Below, one piece after another: positions 1 through 8,371 of a DNA stretch of 22,196 nt. A model generated the notes under the pieces. It was not told the DNA's origin. It did no database searches and was given only the letters and a program-made list of their open reading frames with translations. Source of the DNA: a virus. The position numbers were made by a program, and so were the translations under genes. The stretch covers positions 85,141-107,336 of IMG/VR virus record IMGVR_UViG_3300016474_000800. One strand, 5' to 3'. Numbering within the stretch: position 1 is the first letter of the stretch; each line of letters opens with the position of its first letter.

Positions 1-1959
1 TACTATTCGGCCGAATCGTTCAACACAAACACGGAATCAGATCGGTCGTTGAATAGTGAACGATATTTTGATAAAGGGTTTTTGAGTACGGGTGTGTGGA
101 TCAATCACAAAGCAGTAGTTCAGTCACTCGCGGCATCGGAAACGTTATTGGGTGGTATTTTGAACTTGTTAGATAGAATGAATTCTGCTACCATGAATTT
201 TTGGGAACTGACAATTGACGAGTCACAACCATTCGGTGATGAAGAAACCTCGTTAGATTATACTGTTATTGACGCGAATTATCGAGAAAACTCAAATTAC
301 GCGGTGGCAAACTTTTTGGAAGGAGACAAACGTGTTCATGTATTCAATCGGTATATCAGAAAGACTACCGATAACAAATTGTTGGGTTCCGATGTTATTG
401 AATGTAATGTAGATTTAGCGTTACCTAAACGTTTATTTACACAGATTGCAATAACTGGATTGGTAAGCCCACGGGACGCCGAATTAGCAATTTCTGGAAG
501 TGGTGACACTCTTGCAACGGAAAACCCACTACTTTCTGATCCAAACGATGCGTTACGTGAAATGTTTGCGATTACTTCATTAAATCCAAAAGACGATACT
601 CAACAAGGACCAGATGTAACGATTCCTTCTAAAATACAAAGACAACTGTTGTTGGAAAATACCACATGCGGAAAGGCAAATAGTCAAACAACGGCCGGCG
701 CCGGTGGTCTTGGGGTACGCGTGTCTTCTATAAATTCTGTTGATGGTATGAATCCACAAGTGGATGTTGTAACGATTGAAAAGTATACAAAAATATTGAA
801 CTCAGAACCGTGTACGACGACCTGTTCTGAAACTATCCAAAACGTACCAGAAACAAATTCACGAATAACTGATAATACAGTTACATATATTGCAAATACC
901 GGACAGTCAGTATCGGTACCGATTCAAAAAAATACACCACCTCGACTTCCTGCGGCAAAAACTCTATATGATAATGGATATAGAAATGGTCAACTATCTC
1001 CGACCATACTACAGTCGGTGGGTGGATCTGATTATTTGTACAGAGAAGTCGCAGAAAAATATTTGGAAATGGTCACTGAGGCAAGACGAAATCAAGTAGT
1101 TATTACACTTCGGGATTCTTATCGACCACTGGAGGAACAAATTAGTTTAATAACAACGCGTGGGTGGGCATCCGGTCCACCAGTTCAAGGCGGAAATGTA
1201 CGATTTTCTAAGGGTCAACCACGGGGGTTTGCTGCTACACCCGGAACATCAAATCATGGATGGGGAATTGCCGTGGATATAAATATTCCAGATCAAACAA
1301 GTGCAACATATCAATGGTTAAAAACAAACGCAAGACGTTATGGGTTTGCGGAAACAGTTGAGGGAGAACCGTGGCACTGGGAGTATGAACGTGCATTAAC
1401 AAAACCCGTACAATCCCCAGGCCCTGCACAAATACAGACGCCTACTACACCAAATGTATTGGATTCTACAAATCAATTTACCCGACCTACAACAGTGAAT
1501 TGTACACCGTGTATTCAAGCTCGCGATATATTACGTCAAGTTCAAGTTCAACGTCAAGACGCTGACGAAAAAAAATCAGTAGTAGACAAGTTGGTCAAAG
1601 AGTACGGATATCTGAAAGAAATTTTTAGATACATGGAACCGTTTCCTGAAGCAATGGTAACTAATATTGCAAAATCTTCCAATGGAGATTTGTCTAACGC
1701 ATTTGGCGCGGCCCCATCATCACTTTCTATTAAGGCAAATCTCACACTTCCGGGTATTAATGGTCTTCGTGTGGGTGAGTTGTTCTGGATTGATAGAATC
1801 CCCGCCTTCTATCGGGCATTTGGGGCATTCCAAATATTGAGTATAGAAGACGTTATTTCTCTTTCTGGATGGCAAACAAAGATTAACTCTCATTTCAATT
1901 ACTTGGGTGGGGCATGGAAACGGGCAATGGCAGAGAAACTACAACGAGCGACACGATGA
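1..1959 (+). CDS. 5'-truncated virion structural protein (baseplate hub / tail-associated lysin) with an inserted M15-family D-Ala-D-Ala carboxypeptidase/endopeptidase domain
   Basis: The frame is open from base 1 (YYSAESF...), so the gene starts upstream of the window. M15B motifs: SYRPLEEQ, AATPGTSNHGWGIAVDI (SxHxxGxAxD), EPWHWEY. The domain is flanked by P/T-rich linkers. The C-terminus LTLPGINGLRVGELFWID...FQILSIEDVISLSGWQTKI resembles hub (gp27/gpD-like) C-termini. Confidence 0.72.
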   Translation, partial: YYSAESFNTNTESDRSLNSERYFDKGFLSTGVWINHKAVVQSLAASETLLGGILNLLDRMNSATMNFWELTIDESQPFGDEETSLDYTVIDANYRENSNYAVANFLEGDKRVHVFNRYIRKTTDNKLLGSDVIECNVDLALPKRLFTQIAITGLVSPRDAELAISGSGDTLATENPLLSDPNDALREMFAITSLNPKDDTQQGPDVTIPSKIQRQLLLENTTCGKANSQTTAGAGGLGVRVSSINSVDGMNPQVDVVTIEKYTKILNSEPCTTTCSETIQNVPETNSRITDNTVTYIANTGQSVSVPIQKNTPPRLPAAKTLYDNGYRNGQLSPTILQSVGGSDYLYREVAEKYLEMVTEARRNQVVITLRDSYRPLEEQISLITTRGWASGPPVQGGNVRFSKGQPRGFAATPGTSNHGWGIAVDINIPDQTSATYQWLKTNARRYGFAETVEGEPWHWEYERALTKPVQSPGPAQIQTPTTPNVLDSTNQFTRPTTVNCTPCIQARDILRQVQVQRQDADEKKSVVDKLVKEYGYLKEIFRYMEPFPEAMVTNIAKSSNGDLSNAFGAAPSSLSIKANLTLPGINGLRVGELFWIDRIPAFYRAFGAFQILSIEDVISLSGWQTKINSHFNYLGGAWKRAMAEKLQRATR

Positions 1960-2366
1960 TTGATCAATCAGTACTTGAGATGATGTACGGAAATACGGCA
2001 AAAAGAAAAACGGTAGAAAACCTGTTAAAGAATACTCCATCACCAGTTACGCCGGTGATCACACAGTCGGACGTATTACGCAAATATTTCACACGATATT
2101 TTGTACGGCCAACGAGTGATAAAACGAGAGTTATGGAAATTGATGAGTCACAATATATGCAGTTTAAAGAAAATCCCATTTATGTTACAACACAAATTAA
2201 ATGGAAAATAGTTGGTAAACAAGAATCTGACACTACCCCATATGGCGCACGTATTTACGGGGTAAAAGACACCAACATCAAAACTGTGTCGGTGGCGGAC
2301 TTGACATTCGGGGGACTCACTAGGTATATTAGAGACTACCTAGAGTTTTGGTTTTCCGAGGATTAA
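1956..2366 (+). CDS. Hypothetical phage protein (~136 aa)
   Basis: ATG at 1956 overlaps the upstream stop (ATGA); the stop overlaps the next start (TAATG). Confidence 0.75.
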   Translation: MIDQSVLEMMYGNTAKRKTVENLLKNTPSPVTPVITQSDVLRKYFTRYFVRPTSDKTRVMEIDESQYMQFKENPIYVTTQIKWKIVGKQESDTTPYGARIYGVKDTNIKTVSVADLTFGGLTRYIRDYLEFWFSED

Positions 2367-3658
2367 TGAGTATATCAATAGTTACGACACCTGAACAATA
2401 TTCTACATTAGTACGACGAATGGGTGGGGAAGAATGTATTCTTACCCCACTTTTTCGTGATATACGTTTACATCCACGTGCTAATACATTACTATGTGTT
2501 GGTATTACGTTTTTTAATTACGAAACGTATGTCGTTTCCATGTCGCACCAAGACGCACCACAATTTGATTGTCCATCGTCTTCCACCATGTTTGTGAGTG
2601 GATTTCGTCTCCCCGGCATTTCTAGCAGAATCGCAGAAACTATATTGTATTCTACACAACAACCCATTCCTGTGGTTGATGAAGAATATACACCGTTTGT
2701 AAAAGATGTTCTACATACATTTTCTAAAATCAAAGACGCGCATCGTATCGTACCGTTAACCGTGTGGGCAGACATTCTACACAGACATAATACAAAGTTA
2801 TTAGACGGGACGATACGACATCAGTTCATGCTCAACACCCCTGTACTTGAAACATTTGATGCCAACTTGAACACACTGTATCAGATCGAAGAAAACGGGA
2901 TTGCGGTAAATGAAGAACTGTTTAAAGAAAAGTTTCCACATACGCGGACCAATATCAGAGATGGTCTTGTATATTCACATTATAATATGTACACCACAAC
3001 GACCAGACCAAGCAATCGGTTTGGTGGGGTGAATTATTCTGCGTTAAATAAATCAGATGGAAGTAGAGATGTGTTTATCAGTAGATATGAGAGTGGAACA
3101 CTGGTTCAGTTTGATTTTGATGCGTACCACATTCGTTTGTTGGCAAATTTACTAGACGTAAAGTTACCGTCAACATCGTTTCACACGGAAATGGCCAAAT
3201 TGTATTTCAAGAGTAACGATGTCACGGACGAAATCTATACAAAAAGTAAGCAACTCACATTTGAGTTGATGTATGGATTAACGGACGAAACGCATGACAT
3301 TGAATTATTTGAAAAGGTAAAATGTTTACGAAACTCATACAAAGATAACTCGACCTTAACGTTGGCAACAGGAATAACACTTCCATCGAATCAGTTGACG
3401 GAAAATAAACAGTTCAATTATTATGTTCAATCATTAGAAGCGCAGTCCACTATTCCGAAACTTCAAGTTATTCAAAATATACTCAAAAACACCACAAACC
3501 ATATAGTTTTGTATACTTATGATAGTGTCTTACTTGATATGCATTCTGTTGATATGGATGTTGTTGGACACGTACAACACATTTTAGAAGAACACGGTAA
3601 GTTTCCTGTACACATCCATCACGGTAAAACGTACGGGCAATTGGAGAGATATACATGA
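2366..3658 (+). CDS. Reduced DNA polymerase family A-like protein
   Basis: TTTTRPSN (TxTGRLSS-like), motif A FDFDAYHIRLLA, motif B SKQLTFELMYG, motif C YTYDSVLLD. Start placed at the TAATG overlap (2366). Confidence 0.8.
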   Translation: MSISIVTTPEQYSTLVRRMGGEECILTPLFRDIRLHPRANTLLCVGITFFNYETYVVSMSHQDAPQFDCPSSSTMFVSGFRLPGISSRIAETILYSTQQPIPVVDEEYTPFVKDVLHTFSKIKDAHRIVPLTVWADILHRHNTKLLDGTIRHQFMLNTPVLETFDANLNTLYQIEENGIAVNEELFKEKFPHTRTNIRDGLVYSHYNMYTTTTRPSNRFGGVNYSALNKSDGSRDVFISRYESGTLVQFDFDAYHIRLLANLLDVKLPSTSFHTEMAKLYFKSNDVTDEIYTKSKQLTFELMYGLTDETHDIELFEKVKCLRNSYKDNSTLTLATGITLPSNQLTENKQFNYYVQSLEAQSTIPKLQVIQNILKNTTNHIVLYTYDSVLLDMHSVDMDVVGHVQHILEEHGKFPVHIHHGKTYGQLERYT

Positions 3659-4665
3659 ATATTGGTATAGTTGGACTAGGGTATGTGGGAAATGCCATAT
3701 TGTTTGCTGCAACTCTAGCAAAACAGAAAAATGTATTTACCTACGATATAGATGAATCAAAAAATCCAAATTGTTCGTCTTTACCTGATCTAGTGAAAAA
3801 TAGTGATTTTATTTATATCGCCGTTCCAACTCCCATGAACTTACACACGGGCGAATGTGATACTAGAATCATATCAACCGTAATAAAACAAATCGTCGAT
3901 TGTGCAACTACGTCTAAAGTCTTAATTATCAAGTCAACAGTCCCACCCGGCACCACAGAATTTTTTCAACAAGCGTATTCCAACCACACATTTCTTTTCA
4001 GTCCAGAGTTTTTGACTGAAGCAAATGCAAATACGGATTTTTTAATTCAACATACCGTGTATGTAGGCAAACCACCGCTGGCAAATATGTGGATTGCGGA
4101 AACGGTTGGACAACAACTTCGTAAATTATGTCGTGGCTCGTATAGCGTGCAAATTCATGACGCGACAACTCTTGAATTATACAAGTATGTCACAAATGCA
4201 TTTCTTGCAACAAAAGTGTCCTTTGCAAATGAGATGAAAACTATCTCAGACAAACTTAAAGTTGATTGGAATAGTATTGCGTCGTTATTAAAACGAGATA
4301 GCAGAATGGGAACAACTCATTGGGACGTACCCGGACCAGATGGTCACTACGGTTACGGTGGGACGTGCGTATTACCTAATACACATATCGTTACACCCAC
4401 CGGAAATGTGGAAATTCAACACTTAAATATTCGTGATGAGGTAATAAGTGTTGATGAACGATTGAAGTCCACGGATACTAAAAAAATTCTAGAAGTAATT
4501 GAATTGGATTATGATGGCGATTTATATGAATTTGATATAGGGACTGGAACATTTACCTGTACGCCAGACCATTTAATTCCAGTGATACGTGATGGAGTAA
4601 ACTTATTAATTCCTGCGAAAGATGTTCGTTTGACTGATTGTGTGTATACTTATGTAAAGGAGTAA
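3655..4665 (+). CDS. ugd: UDP-glucose/GDP-mannose dehydrogenase family N-extein (aa 1-237) fused to split-intein N-fragment (aa 238-336)
   Basis: Rossmann IGIVGLGYVG, IAVPTP, IIKSTVPPGTT, SPEFLTE, KYVTNAFLATKVSFANE, GYGGT. This is followed by intein block A CVLPNTHIVT and block B TCTPDHLIPV. Confidence 0.93.
   Translation: MNIGIVGLGYVGNAILFAATLAKQKNVFTYDIDESKNPNCSSLPDLVKNSDFIYIAVPTPMNLHTGECDTRIISTVIKQIVDCATTSKVLIIKSTVPPGTTEFFQQAYSNHTFLFSPEFLTEANANTDFLIQHTVYVGKPPLANMWIAETVGQQLRKLCRGSYSVQIHDATTLELYKYVTNAFLATKVSFANEMKTISDKLKVDWNSIASLLKRDSRMGTTHWDVPGPDGHYGYGGTCVLPNTHIVTPTGNVEIQHLNIRDEVISVDERLKSTDTKKILEVIELDYDGDLYEFDIGTGTFTCTPDHLIPVIRDGVNLLIPAKDVRLTDCVYTYVKE
4366..4662 (+). mobile_element. Split intein N-fragment (IntN, 99 aa, Cys1)
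   Basis: Starts at a Cys right after GYGGT. Contains HINT N-terminal blocks (C1, 'VEIQHLNIRDEVIS', 'YDGDLYEF', TxxH, 'IPAKDVRLTD') and ends in a stop codon. Confidence 0.92.
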
Positions 4666-4684
4666 ACATGCCCCGGAGAAACTT

Positions 4685-5461
4685 ATGTTTGAGTGTTGGG
4701 TAAAAGTCAGTAAAGACGGACAAATAAAATCAAAGTCTATTGGTCGTTGGATTTGTGATTCATGTGGGGACTCATTTGAACGTTTAAAGATAAATCATGA
4801 TAGAGCCAAAAAACGTTCCGTTTATAATGGCGCGGATGTTTGCAGAAAATGTGTTAATAAGTTTGTAAATAATACCGATGAATATAAACATAAACAACGA
4901 ACATCGCAATTACGATTATACGAATTAGACCCAGACCGTAAAATTCGTATATCCAATACACTACGAGCCAATAAAGTAAACGTTGGTGAAAAAAATGGAA
5001 TGAAACGGCTTGACGCACGAAAAAAAGTTTCGGAGAGTAGAAAAAATATGTCCGCAGAAAATAGAAAAATATATTCTGATGCGCAACGAAACGCGTGGGC
5101 TACTGGTAAATTTGCTGATGTGAAGGTTGGGAGGTGTAAATGGTATGCAATAACCACCCCAAATGGCCCTATGAAAGTTCAAGGAACATGGGAACTAAAA
5201 TATGCAGAATATTTACTTGAGAATAATATATCTTTTTATGCGCATCGGGGGAGAATTGCATATATAGATTCTACTGGAACAGAACATTCATATTATCCAG
5301 ATTTTTATTTACCCGACGAAGATAGATATGTTGATATAAAAGCGTCATACATTTATGATATGACAAGAGAGAAATTTGAACTTATTAGAGCGCAGTATCC
5401 CAATCTGAAATTGGATATAATTGGTTATAAGAAAAGATTCAATACGTGGGAGTATTTATGA
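4685..5461 (+). CDS. Free-standing putative homing endonuclease (Zn ribbon + NUMOD3-like region + PD-(D/E)xK nuclease domain)
   Basis: CDSC...CRKC; basic GEKNGM region; C-terminal QGTWE...YYPDFYLP...YVDIKA. It sits between the intein halves and has GGAG 6 nt upstream of its ATG. Confidence 0.8.
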   Translation: MFECWVKVSKDGQIKSKSIGRWICDSCGDSFERLKINHDRAKKRSVYNGADVCRKCVNKFVNNTDEYKHKQRTSQLRLYELDPDRKIRISNTLRANKVNVGEKNGMKRLDARKKVSESRKNMSAENRKIYSDAQRNAWATGKFADVKVGRCKWYAITTPNGPMKVQGTWELKYAEYLLENNISFYAHRGRIAYIDSTGTEHSYYPDFYLPDEDRYVDIKASYIYDMTREKFELIRAQYPNLKLDIIGYKKRFNTWEYL

Positions 5462-5604
5462 TCAAATCTGCTTTGATAAAAAACATTACAAAAACATCGT
5501 ATAAAGGTAAGGTTTATAATTTAGAATTAGAAAGTAAAACCACATCTTCTGAAAAAGAAGACCAGTATTTTATTGATGCAGGTTCTGGAATGGTCACTCA
5601 CAAT
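5458..5604 (+). mobile_element. Split intein C-fragment (IntC, ends His-Asn; +1 residue Cys at 5605)
   Basis: MIKSALIKNITK...VYNLEL...VTHN|C. Confidence 0.92.
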
Positions 5605-5757
5605 TGCCTTCCAAAAGATATTTCGGAACTTATAGATTTAGCTAAAACTATGAAAGTTGATACCCCAATATTGTCGGCGGTGTGGAATAGGAATGTGGAA
5701 GTGGATCGGCCAGAACGTGATTGGGAAACTTCAAGAGGTAGGGCGGTAAGTGAATAA
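5458..5757 (+). CDS. ugd: Split-intein C-fragment (49 aa) fused to UDP-glucose dehydrogenase C-extein (50 aa)
   Basis: ATG 5458 (ATGA overlap, GGAG upstream). Block F YKGKVYNLEL and block G MVTHN are followed by CLPKD, which completes the UGDH catalytic motif GYGGTCLPKD. Confidence 0.93.
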   Translation: MIKSALIKNITKTSYKGKVYNLELESKTTSSEKEDQYFIDAGSGMVTHNCLPKDISELIDLAKTMKVDTPILSAVWNRNVEVDRPERDWETSRGRAVSE

Positions 5758-5810
5758 ATAATGTGTTATAGATTTCTATACACTATTTATATCAAGATCG
5801 TACCCCCTAT

Positions 5811-6221
5811 ATGGATGTTTTTATGAATGAATCCACTCAACTATTGTGTACGTTTGTTGACCGACACAATGTACAAGATATTATTGATATTATTTACAAC
5901 ACATATATGTTACCTTTTAATAAGATATATGTTTTAGAAAACACCGATAATGCAGATCAACTGGTCTTGACATATAACGTTGGCCGTGTTATATCGTTAA
6001 CACCGTCTGTATTGTCTACCATCTCTGTACATCGAAAAAAGCAGACGAATACTATTTATACCATAAACGCAATAAATCGTTTGATTGAATCTAAAAATAA
6101 CGGAGTTTTGGACAAAACCTATCGTATAAATTGGGAAGAACTCCAAAACACGATATTAGTTACGGCGTATGGAAAATTAAAAATCGTAAACACTAGACTC
6201 TTAAACGTCATAAACTTATAA
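5811..6221 (+). CDS. Hypothetical phage protein (alternative start 5823)
   Basis: 136-aa ORF (QLLCTF...ISVHRKKQTNTIYTINAIN) filling the gap before the SSB promoter. Confidence 0.75.
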   Translation: MDVFMNESTQLLCTFVDRHNVQDIIDIIYNTYMLPFNKIYVLENTDNADQLVLTYNVGRVISLTPSVLSTISVHRKKQTNTIYTINAINRLIESKNNGVLDKTYRINWEELQNTILVTAYGKLKIVNTRLLNVINL

Positions 6222-6242
6222 GAATTTTTGCCGCGATCCCTC

Positions 6243-6271
6243 TTGACATCACGGTAAGATACCATTACATT
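6243..6271 (+). promoter_or_regulatory. Sigma70-type promoter for ssb
   Basis: TTGACA (6243-6248)-N17-TACATT (6266-6271), intergenic. Confidence 0.75.
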
Positions 6272-6289
6272 ACTATGTGATGGGAGTAC

Positions 6290-6340
6290 TAAACACTCAT
6301 TAAACACTCATTAAACACATTTAAACACCGAGGTAAACAC
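6290..6340 (+). repeat. Five TAAACAC direct repeats in the ssb leader
   Basis: Copies start at 6290, 6301, 6312, 6322 and 6334; the last ends 2 nt before the ATG. Confidence 0.9.
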
Positions 6341-6342
6341 GC

Positions 6343-7155
6343 ATGTCTTTAAACTTCAATCTACTAAAAGAAAAGCTAAGCAAGATGGACCGACAGAAGT
6401 CGGAGCAGAAGGACTCTTTGTGGCGTCCACCCGAAGGTAAGAGTATCATTCGTATTGTCCCCCGAAAGGAAGATCGTACTTACCCATTTGTGGAACTAAG
6501 TTTCCACTATGGTTTTGGAAAGAAGCCGTATCTTTCGCCGACATCATACGGACGCCCTGACCCGATTGTTGAATTTGGAAAGGCAATCGTCGATGAACTG
6601 TTTCAGAACAACAACAACCCCACCAAAGATGAGATGCGCGAAACTTATGCACGCGCGAAACCGTTCAGCCCATCCCTACGAACATTTATCCCTATCATTG
6701 TACGCGGAGAAGAAGATAAGGGCGTTCGTTATATGAGTTTCGGGCAGACTGTATTTACAGATATTGCCACAATCATGAACGATGAAGATTATGGGGATAT
6801 TACTGATGTAAAGAGTGGCACGGATATCGTGGTGGAATATATTCCAAAAGAGAAGTCTGATACGAAGTATGCAAAGACGAAGGTTTTTGCGAAACGTAAT
6901 CAGTCTCCGCTGGCGGACTCCCCTGAAAAGATTAACGAATTCTTAAACAACCAACCCGATCTAACGGAAATCTTCAAGGAACCGACCTACGAGGAACTAT
7001 TAACGGTGTTGTCAACGTATTTGGGTACGGATGTTCCGGTGGATGAGCCAACGGTTAATGTGCCGTTAACTTCTGCTACTGCCACGAAGTCCGTAGAAAC
7101 CAAGTCCAAGGCCGTTGATGACTTTATGGACGAATTCGACCAAGCCTTTAACTAA
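6343..7155 (+). CDS. Single-stranded DNA-binding protein (T4 gp32-like)
   Basis: LWRPPEGKSIIRIVP, PFVELSFHY, FIPIIVRGEEDKGVR, YGDITDVKSGTD; acidic/aromatic tail DDFMDEFDQAFN; adjacent to recA. Confidence 0.82.
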   Translation: MSLNFNLLKEKLSKMDRQKSEQKDSLWRPPEGKSIIRIVPRKEDRTYPFVELSFHYGFGKKPYLSPTSYGRPDPIVEFGKAIVDELFQNNNNPTKDEMRETYARAKPFSPSLRTFIPIIVRGEEDKGVRYMSFGQTVFTDIATIMNDEDYGDITDVKSGTDIVVEYIPKEKSDTKYAKTKVFAKRNQSPLADSPEKINEFLNNQPDLTEIFKEPTYEELLTVLSTYLGTDVPVDEPTVNVPLTSATATKSVETKSKAVDDFMDEFDQAFN

Positions 7156-7161
7156 TATAAC

Positions 7162-7190
7162 TTGACAAACGATGGATGACTCACTATATT
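7162..7190 (+). promoter_or_regulatory. Sigma70-type promoter for recA/uvsX
   Basis: TTGACA (7162-7167)-N17-TATATT (7185-7190). Confidence 0.75.
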
Positions 7191-7213
7191 ACGTAGTGGG
7201 TCATCCATCGTTT
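7167..7213. terminator. 20-bp stem-loop after ssb (terminator/processing hairpin) overlapping the recA promoter
   Basis: AAACGATGGATGACTCACTA / TAGTGGGTCATCCATCGTTT, one G-U pair, 7-nt loop; U-tract is weak. Confidence 0.55.
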
Positions 7214-7228
7214 ACTATAGGGAATTAT

Positions 7229-8371
7229 ATGACAACAAAAATCGCAAAGAAAACCGTGCCGGGAACAGATCGTGATGAGTTAGCAGAACTTATTGCGGAA
7301 TCTCTGAACAAGATGAACAAAGATAGTGATAGAATTGCATATTTTCTGGACGGCAAGGAAAGCACCCCGACAGACTTTACCGATTTCGTAAGTACCGGTG
7401 CTGCCATTCTTGACGTAGCAATTAGTAATCGACCGCACGGTGGTATTGCTGCCGGCCGCATTACTGAGTTGACGGGACTGGAAGGTAGTGGAAAGTCATT
7501 GATCAGTGCGCAGTTAATTGCAAATACACAAAAACGTGGTGGTGTCGGGGTACTCATTGACACAGAAACCGCAGTCAACCCAGAGTTTTTCCGTGCAATT
7601 GGTATTGATACAAATAAGTTAGTGTACGTACATTTACAGACAGTTGAAGAAATCTTTGATGCCGTCACTACGATCATTGAAAAAGTTCGTAGTGGAAAGG
7701 ACAAAGACAAGTTAGTCACAATCGTAGTTGATTCCGTTGCTGCTGCCTCCACCAAAAAAGAAATGGAAGCAGATTTTGGAAAGGATGGATATGCTACTGA
7801 TAAGGCAATTATCATTTCTAAAGCAATGAGAAAGATTACTGGATTACTTGGTAGAGAACGTATCGCGTTAGTATTTACTAACCAACTTCGTCAAAAGATG
7901 AATGCTCCTGCGTTCTCTGATCCGTGGACCACCAGTGGTGGGAAAGCAATTGCGTTTCACGCATCAACGCGACTTCGATTGTCGCAAATGGGAAAGATCA
8001 GTAACACACACGGTGATGTTATTGGAATAAAAGTCAAGGCAAACATCATCAAAAACCGATTAGGCCCGCCACACAGAACCGCAGAGTTTGAAATTTATTT
8101 CAACCGGGGTATAGACGATACGACAACGTGGTTGTCGATTATGAAGGAAAATAAGTTGTTGAAGCAAACGGGAGCGTGGTATACCTATACCGATCCCGTA
8201 TCTGGAGAAGAAACAAAAATGCAGTCAAAGGAGTTTGCGAAATTTTTGGCAGATGATCCGGAACGTAAAGAAAGACTGTATAATCAAATTTGTGATATTT
8301 TGATCATGCGGTACCAAACCGAATTTGATCCGGATGCAATTAATTTATTGGAGGGATCTGATGATGAATGA
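7229..8371 (+). CDS. recA: RecA/UvsX recombinase
   Basis: Walker A GLEGSGKS, IDTETA, Walker B IVVDSVA, FTNQLR, TSGGKAIAFHASTR. Start moved to 7229 because 7172 lies inside the promoter/hairpin. Confidence 0.93.
   Translation: MTTKIAKKTVPGTDRDELAELIAESLNKMNKDSDRIAYFLDGKESTPTDFTDFVSTGAAILDVAISNRPHGGIAAGRITELTGLEGSGKSLISAQLIANTQKRGGVGVLIDTETAVNPEFFRAIGIDTNKLVYVHLQTVEEIFDAVTTIIEKVRSGKDKDKLVTIVVDSVAAASTKKEMEADFGKDGYATDKAIIISKAMRKITGLLGRERIALVFTNQLRQKMNAPAFSDPWTTSGGKAIAFHASTRLRLSQMGKISNTHGDVIGIKVKANIIKNRLGPPHRTAEFEIYFNRGIDDTTTWLSIMKENKLLKQTGAWYTYTDPVSGEETKMQSKEFAKFLADDPERKERLYNQICDILIMRYQTEFDPDAINLLEGSDDE

Noticed and set aside
4366-5604. Single contiguous intein broken by sequencing frameshifts, or a self-splicing intron
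   Set aside because: This would need two compensating errors plus a stop. Each downstream ORF has its own SD and ATG with an ATGA overlap. No group I/II intron core was recognised.
6262-6290. T4 gene 32-like pseudoknot (loop TACT pairing with downstream AGTA)
   Set aside because: The linker is too short for an H-type pseudoknot, and the 5' arm lies upstream of the predicted transcription start.
6290-6340. CRISPR mini-array
   Set aside because: The repeats are 7 nt with 3-5 nt gaps; there are no spacer-sized units and no cas genes.
7172-7228. N-terminal extension of RecA from ATG 7172
   Set aside because: It lies within the promoter and hairpin; ATG 7229 fits better.
7225-7815. 196-aa minus-strand ORF and the other minus-strand or nested ORFs in the track
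   Set aside because: They are antisense or out-of-frame shadows of well-supported plus-strand genes, with no motifs of their own.
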